From NCBI GenBank assembly GCA_041736175.1, contig JBGSUI010000056.1, positions 32,001 to 96,000 on the forward strand: 64,000 nucleotides of DNA. Reading direction: 5' to 3'. Made by a program: the position numbers and the translations under genes. The DNA comes from Oligoflexales bacterium (GTDB lineage: Bacteria > Bdellovibrionota_B > Oligoflexia > Oligoflexales > CAIYRB01). Of the stretch, positions 49,568 through 58,369 are shown one piece after another. Position 1 is the first letter of the stretch. Every line of letters starts with the position of its first letter. The notes under the pieces were generated by a model. That model saw only the letters and a program-made list of their open reading frames with translations, was not told the DNA's origin and searched no databases.

Positions 49568-51666
49568 ACCTCCCCCCCATCGCCCATCTGACGCTCATAG
49601 GATTGCCGCACCAGTGACATGATGTACGGCAGCTCCTCAAGCGAATGCAGCACCACCTCGACATCGCCATTTCCCCAGCGACCGAGGTTCGTCACATCTT
49701 TGCAGATGCCTTTCGGGTCATGAATTTCCTCAAAAGTCATGTTGATTGCCAGACGCAAACGCTTGGTTTGCGGCACTACATCCACAAAGTTTGTTTCGGC
49801 CTTGTAGGCGACGTATAGTTTCATAAATTCTTCAGTTACGCAGGGATTGAGTGCCAGGACTTCTTTACGAAAGGCTTCAAAAATCGGTGCCATCATCGCG
49901 GTGAGCAGGTGCGGATGATCCTCGATGGTGTAGCTGCTAGTCGACTTTTCTTTTGCAGGCTGATACGAGGCCAATACTGCCGCGTCAAGTTTTGGTGCAG
50001 TCCAAATTGCTAGTGCCTGATCAGCTAGCCGTCCAGCTCTTTCCTGAATCGTAGTCTCATTCCAGGTATCCAATTGACCCAAACCGGCATTGAGTCTGAG
50101 GGGACTTTCTTTGAAGCCTCCCTTCATGTCCCGTTTTTGAACAAACGAATGATCGCTATATTCAGGGTTGTAGCCCGTAAGAGTCAGGTTTCCGAGCGTG
50201 TGAAGCCATTGCTGCTGGATGCTCTCCCAGTTTTGTCCTAAAGCCGCCTTCCACGAGGCAGAAAGGTTTGGGTTCTGAGGCAAAATATGTTCGATTGTAA
50301 AATCGTCGATCTGTACCCGTTCCTTGCGATCATGGTTCTCGATTCGTCGCAGCCAGTACTTGCTGCGCGAAAAGCGGTAAAGTTCGCGAGTTTGTAAATT
50401 GCGGCGAAACTCCTCATCATTCGGGAAGCGACGATAAGATGGGAGTCTCAAGAAATGCGCCTGGATACTTTCGAGATACCGATCTTTTTTTAAAACCTTG
50501 CCAAATGTTGACAGAGTTTTGTTCATTGAGTTGGTCGGTATGCCGCAGATGGCTCTCCTGAAAACATAAGATTCGATCATGCGGACTGCCTCAACAAAGT
50601 CCGCGACCGGAAGTATTTTGTGGGCGTAATCATCATAGAGTTCGAGGAGCAGCGGGTAAGCTACGTCTACCTTTAACTCTTTCAAATCTTGGAAGGCAAG
50701 TTTAAGAGCAGGGTCGAGATCAGTGCCCAGAGCCATCGCACAGTAGTAGCGGGAAAAGGCACGAATCTCCCTCACAAGAGCCTCAATGCCGGCATCCTGC
50801 ACGGGCTTAGTCCGAGAATATTCCTTGAAGGCATCATAGATATCGCGTTCGCGCGGGATGTCGCCAGTGCAGACTGTAAGGTAATGCCGCATAAAGTTGT
50901 CAAACTGGTCTCCGTATGCTTCTTGGCCGAAGTCCAGCTCCATCGGTCGCCAGTATTCTTCATACAGCCGCGTTTGCAGGCGGGGCTCAAGTCCCATCAA
51001 GATATAGTTCCGGATCAAATCAGCCTGGCTTAATTCTTTACCTGTAGAGTTCATACTTTCGAAAATGAGCTGCGGATTGTCCTGATCACGGCTAAGAGCG
51101 ATATCTACAACAATCAGTTTGGAAAGGCCTCGGCATACAGACACAAGATCGTCTTTATGCTCAGCTAGCAATGATGTGAACAATGCAAAGTTATTGGAAA
51201 CACGCAGCGACGGTTCTTTTGGAGGCTCGGTATTTTTAACAATGGCTTTGAGCGAAGTGTTGTCCGTCTGAGAGAGCAGCAGCTTGTAGTAACGATCTCC
51301 CGTCTCCAATGGGTTGCTCAGATAGTTGTGTCTCAGTTTGGCAGCTGAAAACCCGTCAACCGGTTCCGAATCGCTCAATGTTCGAGCAAGTGCCTCGATC
51401 AGCAATGATACGGTCGTGAGGCGTTGCTGCCCGTCGATCACCAGCAATGGAGCTTGATGGGAAACCTGCGAGAGCCCTTGTTCCACATAAACAATAGATC
51501 CAAGAAAATGGACCGTAATCGCGTCGCTCGACCCGGCCCGCAGGATGTCGTCCCATAATTGACGGCACTGCTTTTCGGTCCAAGAATAGGTACGCTGATA
51601 AATGGGGATAATGAACTGGGGCGACTTCTGCAAGAAGCTCAGTAACTTTGCTTCGGTGGCTTTCAC
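49564..51666 (-). CDS. gmrSD: GmrSD-family modification-dependent (type IV) restriction endonuclease (DUF262 + DUF1524 + DUF5655-like)
   Basis: IPIYQRTYSW, DGQQR, IFESMN, EHILPQ...LGNLTL..YN HNH motif; extra C-terminal domain (YVAYK...GRWGNGDVE). Confidence 0.9.
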   Translation of the reverse strand: MKATEAKLLSFLQKSPQFIIPIYQRTYSWTEKQCRQLWDDILRAGSSDAITVHFLGSIVYVEQGLSQVSHQAPLLVIDGQQRLTTVSLLIEALARTLSDSEPVDGFSAAKLRHNYLSNPLETGDRYYKLLLSQTDNTSLKAIVKNTEPPKEPSLRVSNNFALFTSLLAEHKDDLVSVCRGLSKLIVVDIALSRDQDNPQLIFESMNSTGKELSQADLIRNYILMGLEPRLQTRLYEEYWRPMELDFGQEAYGDQFDNFMRHYLTVCTGDIPRERDIYDAFKEYSRTKPVQDAGIEALVREIRAFSRYYCAMALGTDLDPALKLAFQDLKELKVDVAYPLLLELYDDYAHKILPVADFVEAVRMIESYVFRRAICGIPTNSMNKTLSTFGKVLKKDRYLESIQAHFLRLPSYRRFPNDEEFRRNLQTRELYRFSRSKYWLRRIENHDRKERVQIDDFTIEHILPQNPNLSASWKAALGQNWESIQQQWLHTLGNLTLTGYNPEYSDHSFVQKRDMKGGFKESPLRLNAGLGQLDTWNETTIQERAGRLADQALAIWTAPKLDAAVLASYQPAKEKSTSSYTIEDHPHLLTAMMAPIFEAFRKEVLALNPCVTEEFMKLYVAYKAETNFVDVVPQTKRLRLAINMTFEEIHDPKGICKDVTNLGRWGNGDVEVVLHSLEELPYIMSLVRQSYERQMGDGGEV

Positions 51667-54008
51667 TTGCTGCCTCCTTTTAACAGTTCATCGAGGAGTC
51701 CCCCGGCCTCTTGCTCAATGGCGAGGATGTCGGCGCGGATCTCTTCTAGTGTCCTAAGTGGCTGGGGCTTGTAAAAATGTCGGGTGAAGCTCACCTCATA
51801 GCCGATCTTAGTCGCACCTTCCTTAATCCAAGCATCGGCAGTGTAAGGCAACACTTCACGGCGGATAAATGCCTCGATGCCGCCCTCTTCGATCAGTGGG
51901 ACTTGCTCGGTGTCACGCAAATCTGAGTCTGGCTCATACTCCACGATGGCAGACTTACCGCCCAATTTGATTTCAAAAAGACCATGGATTGGATCCGCTT
52001 TAGCTTTTCCAGGTTTGTGAATTTTAGCTATGACTGGCGGTGCTGTGTCGACGCGCCAGCTTATGGCTTTAAGGATTTGCTTTAGATCTGCAGCTGGGAC
52101 CTTGGTACCAGATTGTTTGAGCGCGGCTTCGACTCTTTCGATAAACACATTGTAATCTTCATATAGTTTGTCGCCAAGAGACGTGCGTAATGCGGTCGCG
52201 ACATCGACCAGCCTGCCATCACGTTCCCAGGTTTTGGGATCTAGGAGCTTCTTCTTCTTTTTCTCAGATAGCCCCTTTTTCTTTGAGGTGCCTTCGTCGT
52301 CCTCACCGCCTTCAGATTCTTCTTCGCTGCCCCATTCGCTCAGGAATTTTTCAACGGCGTCTTCGACTTTGGCAAATTTAACAAAGAGATCATCACCGAA
52401 TTCTTCGTACAGAGCTCCGCGGAGGTCTTCGTCGCCTGAGGCGAAGCGAAGAAACTCGATTGCTTGAAGTTTGAACTGACTATGTAGCCGCAGAGGTCGT
52501 TCGACGGTGACCTTCCAATAGCCAAAGGCGGCATTGGGAAAGATCTTAGATTCCGGTGTTTCCTTGAAGTCCGTAAATACGCGGCTGACACGCTCAATAT
52601 CTTCCTGTGACAATTCACAGTTTTTCTTGCCGAGATTTTTGCGGAGAGGCTTGAACCATTGACTCGCGTCAATAAGTTGCACTTTTCCTTTCCGATGAGC
52701 TGGTTTTTTGTTAGTCAAAACCCAGATGTATGTAGCGATACCTGTGTTGTAAAAGAGGTTGAGCGGCAGCGCGACAATGGCTTCGAGCCAATCGTTTTCG
52801 ATCAGCCAACGCCGGATATTGCTTTCGCCTTGGCCAGCATCCCCAGTAAAGAGCGAACTACCGTTGTGGACCTCGGCGATACGGCTACCTAGGGCGGAGG
52901 TCCGATTCATTTTCGAGGCCATATTAGCCAGAAATAGCATCTGGCCATCGCTTGATCGGGTGACGAGTGAGAGCTCTTCGCCGTTGTGTATGACTTTAAA
53001 ACGGGGGTCGCGCATCCCGTCTTTGCCGCCCATCGCTTCTAGGTCTTTCTTCCAGCTTTTGCCGTAGGGAGGGTTGGCAAGCATGAAGTCAAACTCTTGG
53101 GCGGGAAAGGCGTCGTGGGCGAGCGTGGACCACTCGGCGCCACCGACGATGTGATCAGCGTTGTCACCCTCACCCTTGAGCAACATGTCGGCTTTGCAAA
53201 TAGCATAGGTTTCGGGGTTGATCTCCTGGCCATATAGATGGGTCACAACTTGCTGGGTGCGTGCGCTGGCCAGCGATTGCAATGTTTCATCCGCAACGGT
53301 CAACATACCTCCCGTTCCGCATGCGCAGTCGTAGAGAAGGTAGGAGCCGGCCTTTACTTTATCGGCTATAGGTTGGAACATCAGAGTTGCCATTAATCGC
53401 ACGGCATCTCTGGGGGTCCAGTGCTCGCCTGCTTCCTCGTTGTTCTCTTCGTTGAACTTTCGGACAAGCTCTTCAAACACAGTACCCATGGAGTGGTTGT
53501 CCATACCAGGGTGCTTGACCGTACCGTCCCCATTTAAAACCGGGTTAGGGCTTAAGTTGATATCGGGATCGAGGAACTTTTCGATTAAGGTCCCCAATCC
53601 GTCGCTCTTCGATAGTCTATTTAGAACGTTGCGAAACTCGAAGTTGATAAGGATGTCCTGGACGTTCGCCGAGAAACCGTCGAGATAATCTTCAAAATCA
53701 GACTTAAGCGACTGCTGGTTTCCACGAGACTTGAGATCGCGAAGACAGAATTTTGAGGTGTTGTAAAATGCCTGGCCACTCGTCGCACAAAGTACGGCAC
53801 TCTGCTCGGTGATTCCAGCCTGATCGAGCATAGCTTTTTCCTCAAGAACCGCCTTTTTGGTCGGCTCTAGGACAGCATCGAAGCGGCGAATCACGAACAT
53901 GGGTAATATCACGTCGCGGTATTTGCCTCTTACGAAGAGGTCACGCAATACATCGTCGGCAATACCCCAGATGAACGATACAATTTTGTTATGAGAGGCA
54001 TGATCCAT
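51663..54008 (-). CDS. hsdM: Type I RM N6-adenine methyltransferase
   Basis: FIWGIAD, GEHWTPR, YDCACGTGGML, NPPY, FYNTGIATY. Confidence 0.96.
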   Translation of the reverse strand: MDHASHNKIVSFIWGIADDVLRDLFVRGKYRDVILPMFVIRRFDAVLEPTKKAVLEEKAMLDQAGITEQSAVLCATSGQAFYNTSKFCLRDLKSRGNQQSLKSDFEDYLDGFSANVQDILINFEFRNVLNRLSKSDGLGTLIEKFLDPDINLSPNPVLNGDGTVKHPGMDNHSMGTVFEELVRKFNEENNEEAGEHWTPRDAVRLMATLMFQPIADKVKAGSYLLYDCACGTGGMLTVADETLQSLASARTQQVVTHLYGQEINPETYAICKADMLLKGEGDNADHIVGGAEWSTLAHDAFPAQEFDFMLANPPYGKSWKKDLEAMGGKDGMRDPRFKVIHNGEELSLVTRSSDGQMLFLANMASKMNRTSALGSRIAEVHNGSSLFTGDAGQGESNIRRWLIENDWLEAIVALPLNLFYNTGIATYIWVLTNKKPAHRKGKVQLIDASQWFKPLRKNLGKKNCELSQEDIERVSRVFTDFKETPESKIFPNAAFGYWKVTVERPLRLHSQFKLQAIEFLRFASGDEDLRGALYEEFGDDLFVKFAKVEDAVEKFLSEWGSEEESEGGEDDEGTSKKKGLSEKKKKKLLDPKTWERDGRLVDVATALRTSLGDKLYEDYNVFIERVEAALKQSGTKVPAADLKQILKAISWRVDTAPPVIAKIHKPGKAKADPIHGLFEIKLGGKSAIVEYEPDSDLRDTEQVPLIEEGGIEAFIRREVLPYTADAWIKEGATKIGYEVSFTRHFYKPQPLRTLEEIRADILAIEQEAGGLLDELLKGGSK

Positions 54009-54017
54009 TTTTTCTGT

Positions 54018-54608
54018 TTAGCTCCTGGGTTCGGCGTCAGTGTGGCGCGAGAAATTAGGTATTGAGACAGTAGGCTCGAGCGAGGTTACCTCGCGGTATT
54101 TCCATAGACTGGGAGGTCTCGTCTTGTGGCTTTTGTCTTCATAGTCGTTGGATTTCTCCATATGATTTTTCCATAATGTACGCAGTGCAACGTTGCATTG
54201 ATTGATTAATGGATCGGAGAATCCTGATGCTCTGAATGATTCCAGAATATCGAACGATGCGCTTGCCCGCAAATTCGAGTCGTCGAATGGTGGGTCGAAG
54301 GATATAAAGAAGGGGATAACCCGCTGAGTGAGGTTTCTGCAATGTTCTGCTACCGTCCCCTTGTTCTTGATTTCCGTGAGGTCGGAGCGCAACTCGTGTA
54401 TGAGTCTCTTCGGAGCGTCGTTGGTATGGGGACTAGGCATTGGGTGGACAAGGGTTTGTCCGATCGATAGGGGGAAATTGTACTCCGGTGGACAATCAAA
54501 GCGCTTGTAATGCTCCTTGTGACAGGCGGCACCTATCTTGACTTCGGCCCTCATCGCTGTAACTCGCGGATCTTCAGGTCTTTTATGAAGATAAAACTTC
54601 CCTGTCAC
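54018..54608 (-). CDS. Hypothetical protein heading the RM operon
   Basis: 196-aa ORF with GGAGG RBS before GTG; ends 9 bp before the hsdM start. Confidence 0.6.
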   Translation of the reverse strand: MTGKFYLHKRPEDPRVTAMRAEVKIGAACHKEHYKRFDCPPEYNFPLSIGQTLVHPMPSPHTNDAPKRLIHELRSDLTEIKNKGTVAEHCRNLTQRVIPFFISFDPPFDDSNLRASASFDILESFRASGFSDPLINQCNVALRTLWKNHMEKSNDYEDKSHKTRPPSLWKYREVTSLEPTVSIPNFSRHTDAEPRS

Positions 54609-54746
54609 GCGATTCCTCCCGAGTTTCCTATTCGGATGGAACGCCCAAGTGCTTGAGAGTATTAAGTTTCAGCCATTACAGCCAAACAGTTACAGCCAAT
54701 CAAACAAAAACCAGAGTAGCAAAAACCTATAACCTCTTGATATAAC

Positions 54747-54834
54747 TGGCGGAGAGACAGGGATTCGAACCCTGGTTGGTGTTACCCAAACACGCTTTCC
54801 AAGCGTGCGCCTTCAGCCACTCGGCCATCTCTCC
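54747..54834 (-). tRNA. tRNA-Ser (anticodon GGA), 88 nt, CCA encoded
   Basis: Acceptor stem GGAGAGA/TCTCTCC-G-CCA, anticodon arm CACGC-TTGGAAA-GCGTG, long variable arm, GGTTCGAATCC T-loop. Confidence 0.97.
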
Positions 54835-55014
54835 GTTGAGGACCTTTGTGGTAACAAAGTTCTAACCTTTTGGTCAACATCAAAATCAGCAGACTCCACA
54901 CGCCTTTGCCGGGGAACCCCGTTGCATCGCGTTTTATCGAATTTATACCCCCAAAAAAACACTCCCCCACAGATCCCCCAATACCCCCTCTCTCCCCCCA
55001 CTCCATCCCCATCC

Positions 55015-55464
55015 CTAAAAGCTCCTCCCTGCCACCGCTTTCATCTCAATAAAATTCCTACCGGGGAGTTCCCGCACGCCTATGGTCGTGCGGCATGGGA
55101 AGGGACCATCCCCAAAAAACTGGTTCCACACTTCGTTCATAGGAGCAAAATCCCTCATGTGAACCAGAAATACGGTGACATCCCTTAAATGCTCCTTACC
55201 GAGCCCATGATCTTTTAAAACTCGTTCGATATTTTGAAAGACCCCCCAGGTTTGTTTCACAATATCGTAGCCCTCAAGGCTGCCGTCTCGCCCCAAGACC
55301 AACCCGGCTTCCTGGTCGGTTTGCGGATCCCGGCACCCCTGACCTGCCAAAAACAAAAGATCCCCCTGCCACCGCCCGTGGCTGTAGTGGGCGAGGGGAC
55401 GGGTTAAGGGGCTGGTTCGATTCTCCCCCGCTCCTTGGTTGAATTCAGCAGTGGACAAAGGCAT
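55015..55464 (-). CDS. RidA/YjgF family deaminase
   Basis: AHYSH, LFLAGQG, VFLVHMRDFAPMNEVW, PCRTTIGV, IEMKAVA. Confidence 0.9.
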   Translation of the reverse strand: MPLSTAEFNQGAGENRTSPLTRPLAHYSHGRWQGDLLFLAGQGCRDPQTDQEAGLVLGRDGSLEGYDIVKQTWGVFQNIERVLKDHGLGKEHLRDVTVFLVHMRDFAPMNEVWNQFFGDGPFPCRTTIGVRELPGRNFIEMKAVAGRSF

Positions 55465-55601
55465 CTTGCAATTTCCTCAAAAAGGGTTCATTCCTGAGGT
55501 ATAAATACTCGGGGCTCGGTCACTTGACAACCCAGATGATTGGTTTTAACCGGCGCTTTTTCAACTTTTTAAGAACCCAGACCTATGAGGTTTCCGCTAC
55601 T

Positions 55602-57242
55602 ATGAGTCACCGGCGTTTTTCCCAGTGGAACCCCCTAGGAGATGCGGTCCCCACCACTCCATTTGAGCTTTTAGAGGTGATCCGCAAGCAGAGGGGGTTT
55701 GTACCCCAGACTCGGCTCGAGTACGGGGACCATGGTCTACGTCCCATCATCGATGTGATCGTCAAAGCCATCCGCTCCAATAAACGAATCGCACTTTATG
55801 CTGACTATGATGTCGATGGCACCATGAGCTGTGTGTCATGGATTTGGTTTTTTCGGGCCATAGGCTTCCAAAACTATATCCACTATATTCCTTGCCGCTT
55901 TAAAGAGGGGTATGGGTTAAATCTCGAGGCGGTTCGCCATCTCGTCGACGTGGAGCGGGCCCAGGTCGTGATCACCATGGATACGGGGATCACCGCCAAC
56001 CAAGAGGCAGCCTTCTGTGCCTCGCGGGGAGTGGAATTTATCTGCACAGACCACCATAAAATCCAGCCCGAAAAGATGCCTGATTCCTTGATCCTCAATC
56101 CAAAACTCCATCCCGACCCCGCGTACCAAGAGCTGTGTGGCTGTGGGATCACCTTTGTTTTGTTGCGTAAGCTAGCCGACCATTTTATCGTGCCGCCTAC
56201 CCTGTGGATTGACCTCCTCGCCATTGCGGGGATGGCGACGATTTGTGATGTGGTCCCCTTAAACGGTGTAAACCATCGCCTGGCTCGCCAGGGGGTTTGG
56301 GCCCTGTCCCAAAGCCGACGGCCCATTTTGAGACAACTCTTGACGTCTTGCCAATCCCAAGATTCCACAGACGAAAAGGACATTGGATTTCGTTTAGGAC
56401 CCCGGATCAACGCCGTCGGCAGGCTTGAGCATGCAGATGTGGTGATCCAAGCTTTTTTGGATGAGAATCCCAAGGATTTGATCTACCAAATGGAGGCCTG
56501 TAACGAGCGGCGCCGTCGTATCCAAGGGGCGATCGTCGAAGAGGCCAGGCATCTGGCGCGGGATCACGGCGACGACCCCATCTTGTTTTTGGGGGGAGCT
56601 TGGCACCAGGGGGTTGTTGGTATAGCCGCGAGTAAGTTGGTGGAAGAATTTTGGCGTCCCGTCTGGCTTTTTGAGCGCCAAGATAAGATCTGCAAGGGGT
56701 CTGCCAGATCGGTCCCAGGGTTTGATGTGACCGCAGCCATGTCGGCGGCCTCTGGGCTATTTGCCAAATACGGGGGCCACGCGGCGGCGGGAGGCTTTAC
56801 CTTTAGTGTGGACCACGAGAGCGGTTTGCGCCAAGCTCTCACGGAGTTTGCGGCGGATATCAAGCGGGAGCATCCCACTCTTTGGGAAAGCAAGGTGTCC
56901 TATGACTGTCTGTTGTCACCAGAGTTGATTGATTTCGAGCTCCTTGACGCACTGGAAGAACTCAAGCCTTTTGGCCATGGATTTGAGGAGCCCAAGTTTC
57001 TAGTCCAAGGAGAGGTTGTCTCCACGACGATTCTTAAGGATAAAATTACGGGTCAACCACGGCATACGTCTATTTTTTACCGTGGCGAGGACCACTGCAC
57101 CCATAAAGTTATGTTTTTTAATCGGGTCCTCCCCTTTGCAAAGGGTGATCTGGTCCAGATGATTCTTTCTGTAGGTAAGAATCATTGGCAAGGCCAAACC
57201 TCCCTAGCCCTCTATGGCCAAGATTGTGACCGTTTTTCCTAG
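55602..57242 (+). CDS. recJ: Single-stranded DNA-specific exonuclease RecJ
   Basis: DYDVDG, EGYGL, DTG, TDHH, ATICDVVPL, PRINAVGRL, GSARS, GGHAAAGG, PFGHG. Confidence 0.95.
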   Translation: MSHRRFSQWNPLGDAVPTTPFELLEVIRKQRGFVPQTRLEYGDHGLRPIIDVIVKAIRSNKRIALYADYDVDGTMSCVSWIWFFRAIGFQNYIHYIPCRFKEGYGLNLEAVRHLVDVERAQVVITMDTGITANQEAAFCASRGVEFICTDHHKIQPEKMPDSLILNPKLHPDPAYQELCGCGITFVLLRKLADHFIVPPTLWIDLLAIAGMATICDVVPLNGVNHRLARQGVWALSQSRRPILRQLLTSCQSQDSTDEKDIGFRLGPRINAVGRLEHADVVIQAFLDENPKDLIYQMEACNERRRRIQGAIVEEARHLARDHGDDPILFLGGAWHQGVVGIAASKLVEEFWRPVWLFERQDKICKGSARSVPGFDVTAAMSAASGLFAKYGGHAAAGGFTFSVDHESGLRQALTEFAADIKREHPTLWESKVSYDCLLSPELIDFELLDALEELKPFGHGFEEPKFLVQGEVVSTTILKDKITGQPRHTSIFYRGEDHCTHKVMFFNRVLPFAKGDLVQMILSVGKNHWQGQTSLALYGQDCDRFS

Positions 57243-57262
57243 AAACCCCTAGTCCCGGTGCC

Positions 57263-57289
57263 TCAAGATCACAGCTTTCTCGCCGATAC
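57263..57289 (+). promoter_or_regulatory. Sigma28/FliA-like promoter
   Basis: TCAA-N15-GCCGATAC just upstream of the GGAGG RBS and start at 57308. Confidence 0.65.
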
Positions 57290-57307
57290 CTAGAAGGGGA
57301 GGGGCCT

Positions 57308-58357
57308 GTGATTAGGATGGTAACCATTTTACTGTTGGTCTTTGTGACGAATCCAAAGGTTTATGCCTATGGAGTCTGGGAAGAAGACCTTGTCGGGACC
57401 CTTTCTCGCCGAACCCAGAAAAACTCCCACACCTGGGCCAGCCTTGCGGCCGGTGTGGTGGATGGCCAGATTAAAACCACGCCCCCAGATGAGGTGATTT
57501 TTGATCGACGCTTTGAGTCGCGGTTGTCCCTTGGTGCTGAGGCATTTTTCAGTGGTCGGATGGGAGTGAGGTTAAATCTCGCTGGGGAAAGTGAAAGGCG
57601 AAGAATCGCTGACCAAAAAGGGCTTGGTGCTATTATCGACGAAACTAAAACCCTCTATAAACCAGCCCTCGATGGGACCTTTGTGACCGATAAAGGTTTA
57701 GAGATTATCCTTGGAGTGGTCGGCCATTTTTATGGGAAAGACCGTCGTACCACGGCTACGGATTTTGGTTCGACGACTGTCACCAACAATCCAGCCAGGG
57801 CTTTAGGGAGGAGACTCGCGATCCTTAGGAGGGCCCCCCAGTGGAACGGCGGGTTTGCCTATACAAAAGGAGGAAACTCATCCCGCAGCCTTAAAGAAGA
57901 GGTCTTTGACGGGTCCAGTGCCGAACTCGTCGATACGATCTATATCCCTTCTCGGATCGATATGTTTGGCGAAGGGGGAAGCCCCGCCTTAAAGATGCGC
58001 TTTCATCTGGGTTTTATCCAAGCCCGCGGCCTTGGTCCTGTCGATAATCGTGGAAATACTATTTACACAGACCACCTTGAAGCCATCCTAGGTCTGATGG
58101 CCCCCATGGGAGGTATGGCTCTGGATGGTGCCATCGGCCATCGGACTCTGTCCTATAGCAGCAGTGCTTTTGTGGGGATCGACACGACCCCGGTGACCAC
58201 GTTCCATCTAAAGATGTTTATGGGTCCCGTGGACGATAGCGGCTACCTTGGTGTGTATATGCACCGGGCCAGTGATGGCCAAAGTCTCCCCGAGTTCAAC
58301 TCTGAATATAACACCATCGGTGGCGGGGTAAACTTTGGGTATTGTGCCAGACTTTAA
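57308..58357 (+). CDS. Exported protein, probable outer-membrane beta-barrel
   Basis: Signal peptide (VYA), alternating amphipathic strands, C-terminal GGGVNFGY..L. Confidence 0.6.
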   Translation: MIRMVTILLLVFVTNPKVYAYGVWEEDLVGTLSRRTQKNSHTWASLAAGVVDGQIKTTPPDEVIFDRRFESRLSLGAEAFFSGRMGVRLNLAGESERRRIADQKGLGAIIDETKTLYKPALDGTFVTDKGLEIILGVVGHFYGKDRRTTATDFGSTTVTNNPARALGRRLAILRRAPQWNGGFAYTKGGNSSRSLKEEVFDGSSAELVDTIYIPSRIDMFGEGGSPALKMRFHLGFIQARGLGPVDNRGNTIYTDHLEAILGLMAPMGGMALDGAIGHRTLSYSSSAFVGIDTTPVTTFHLKMFMGPVDDSGYLGVYMHRASDGQSLPEFNSEYNTIGGGVNFGYCARL

Positions 58358-58369
58358 GCTGGATAGTAT

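Larger units (their letters stand above)
41146..54746 (-). mobile_element. Defence island at the 3' end of tRNA-Ser (the accessory region probably extends to about 30.3 kb or further)
   Basis: Co-oriented defence genes directly downstream of the tRNA 3' end; short direct repeats near the tRNA; no integrase or clear second att copy seen. Confidence 0.65.
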
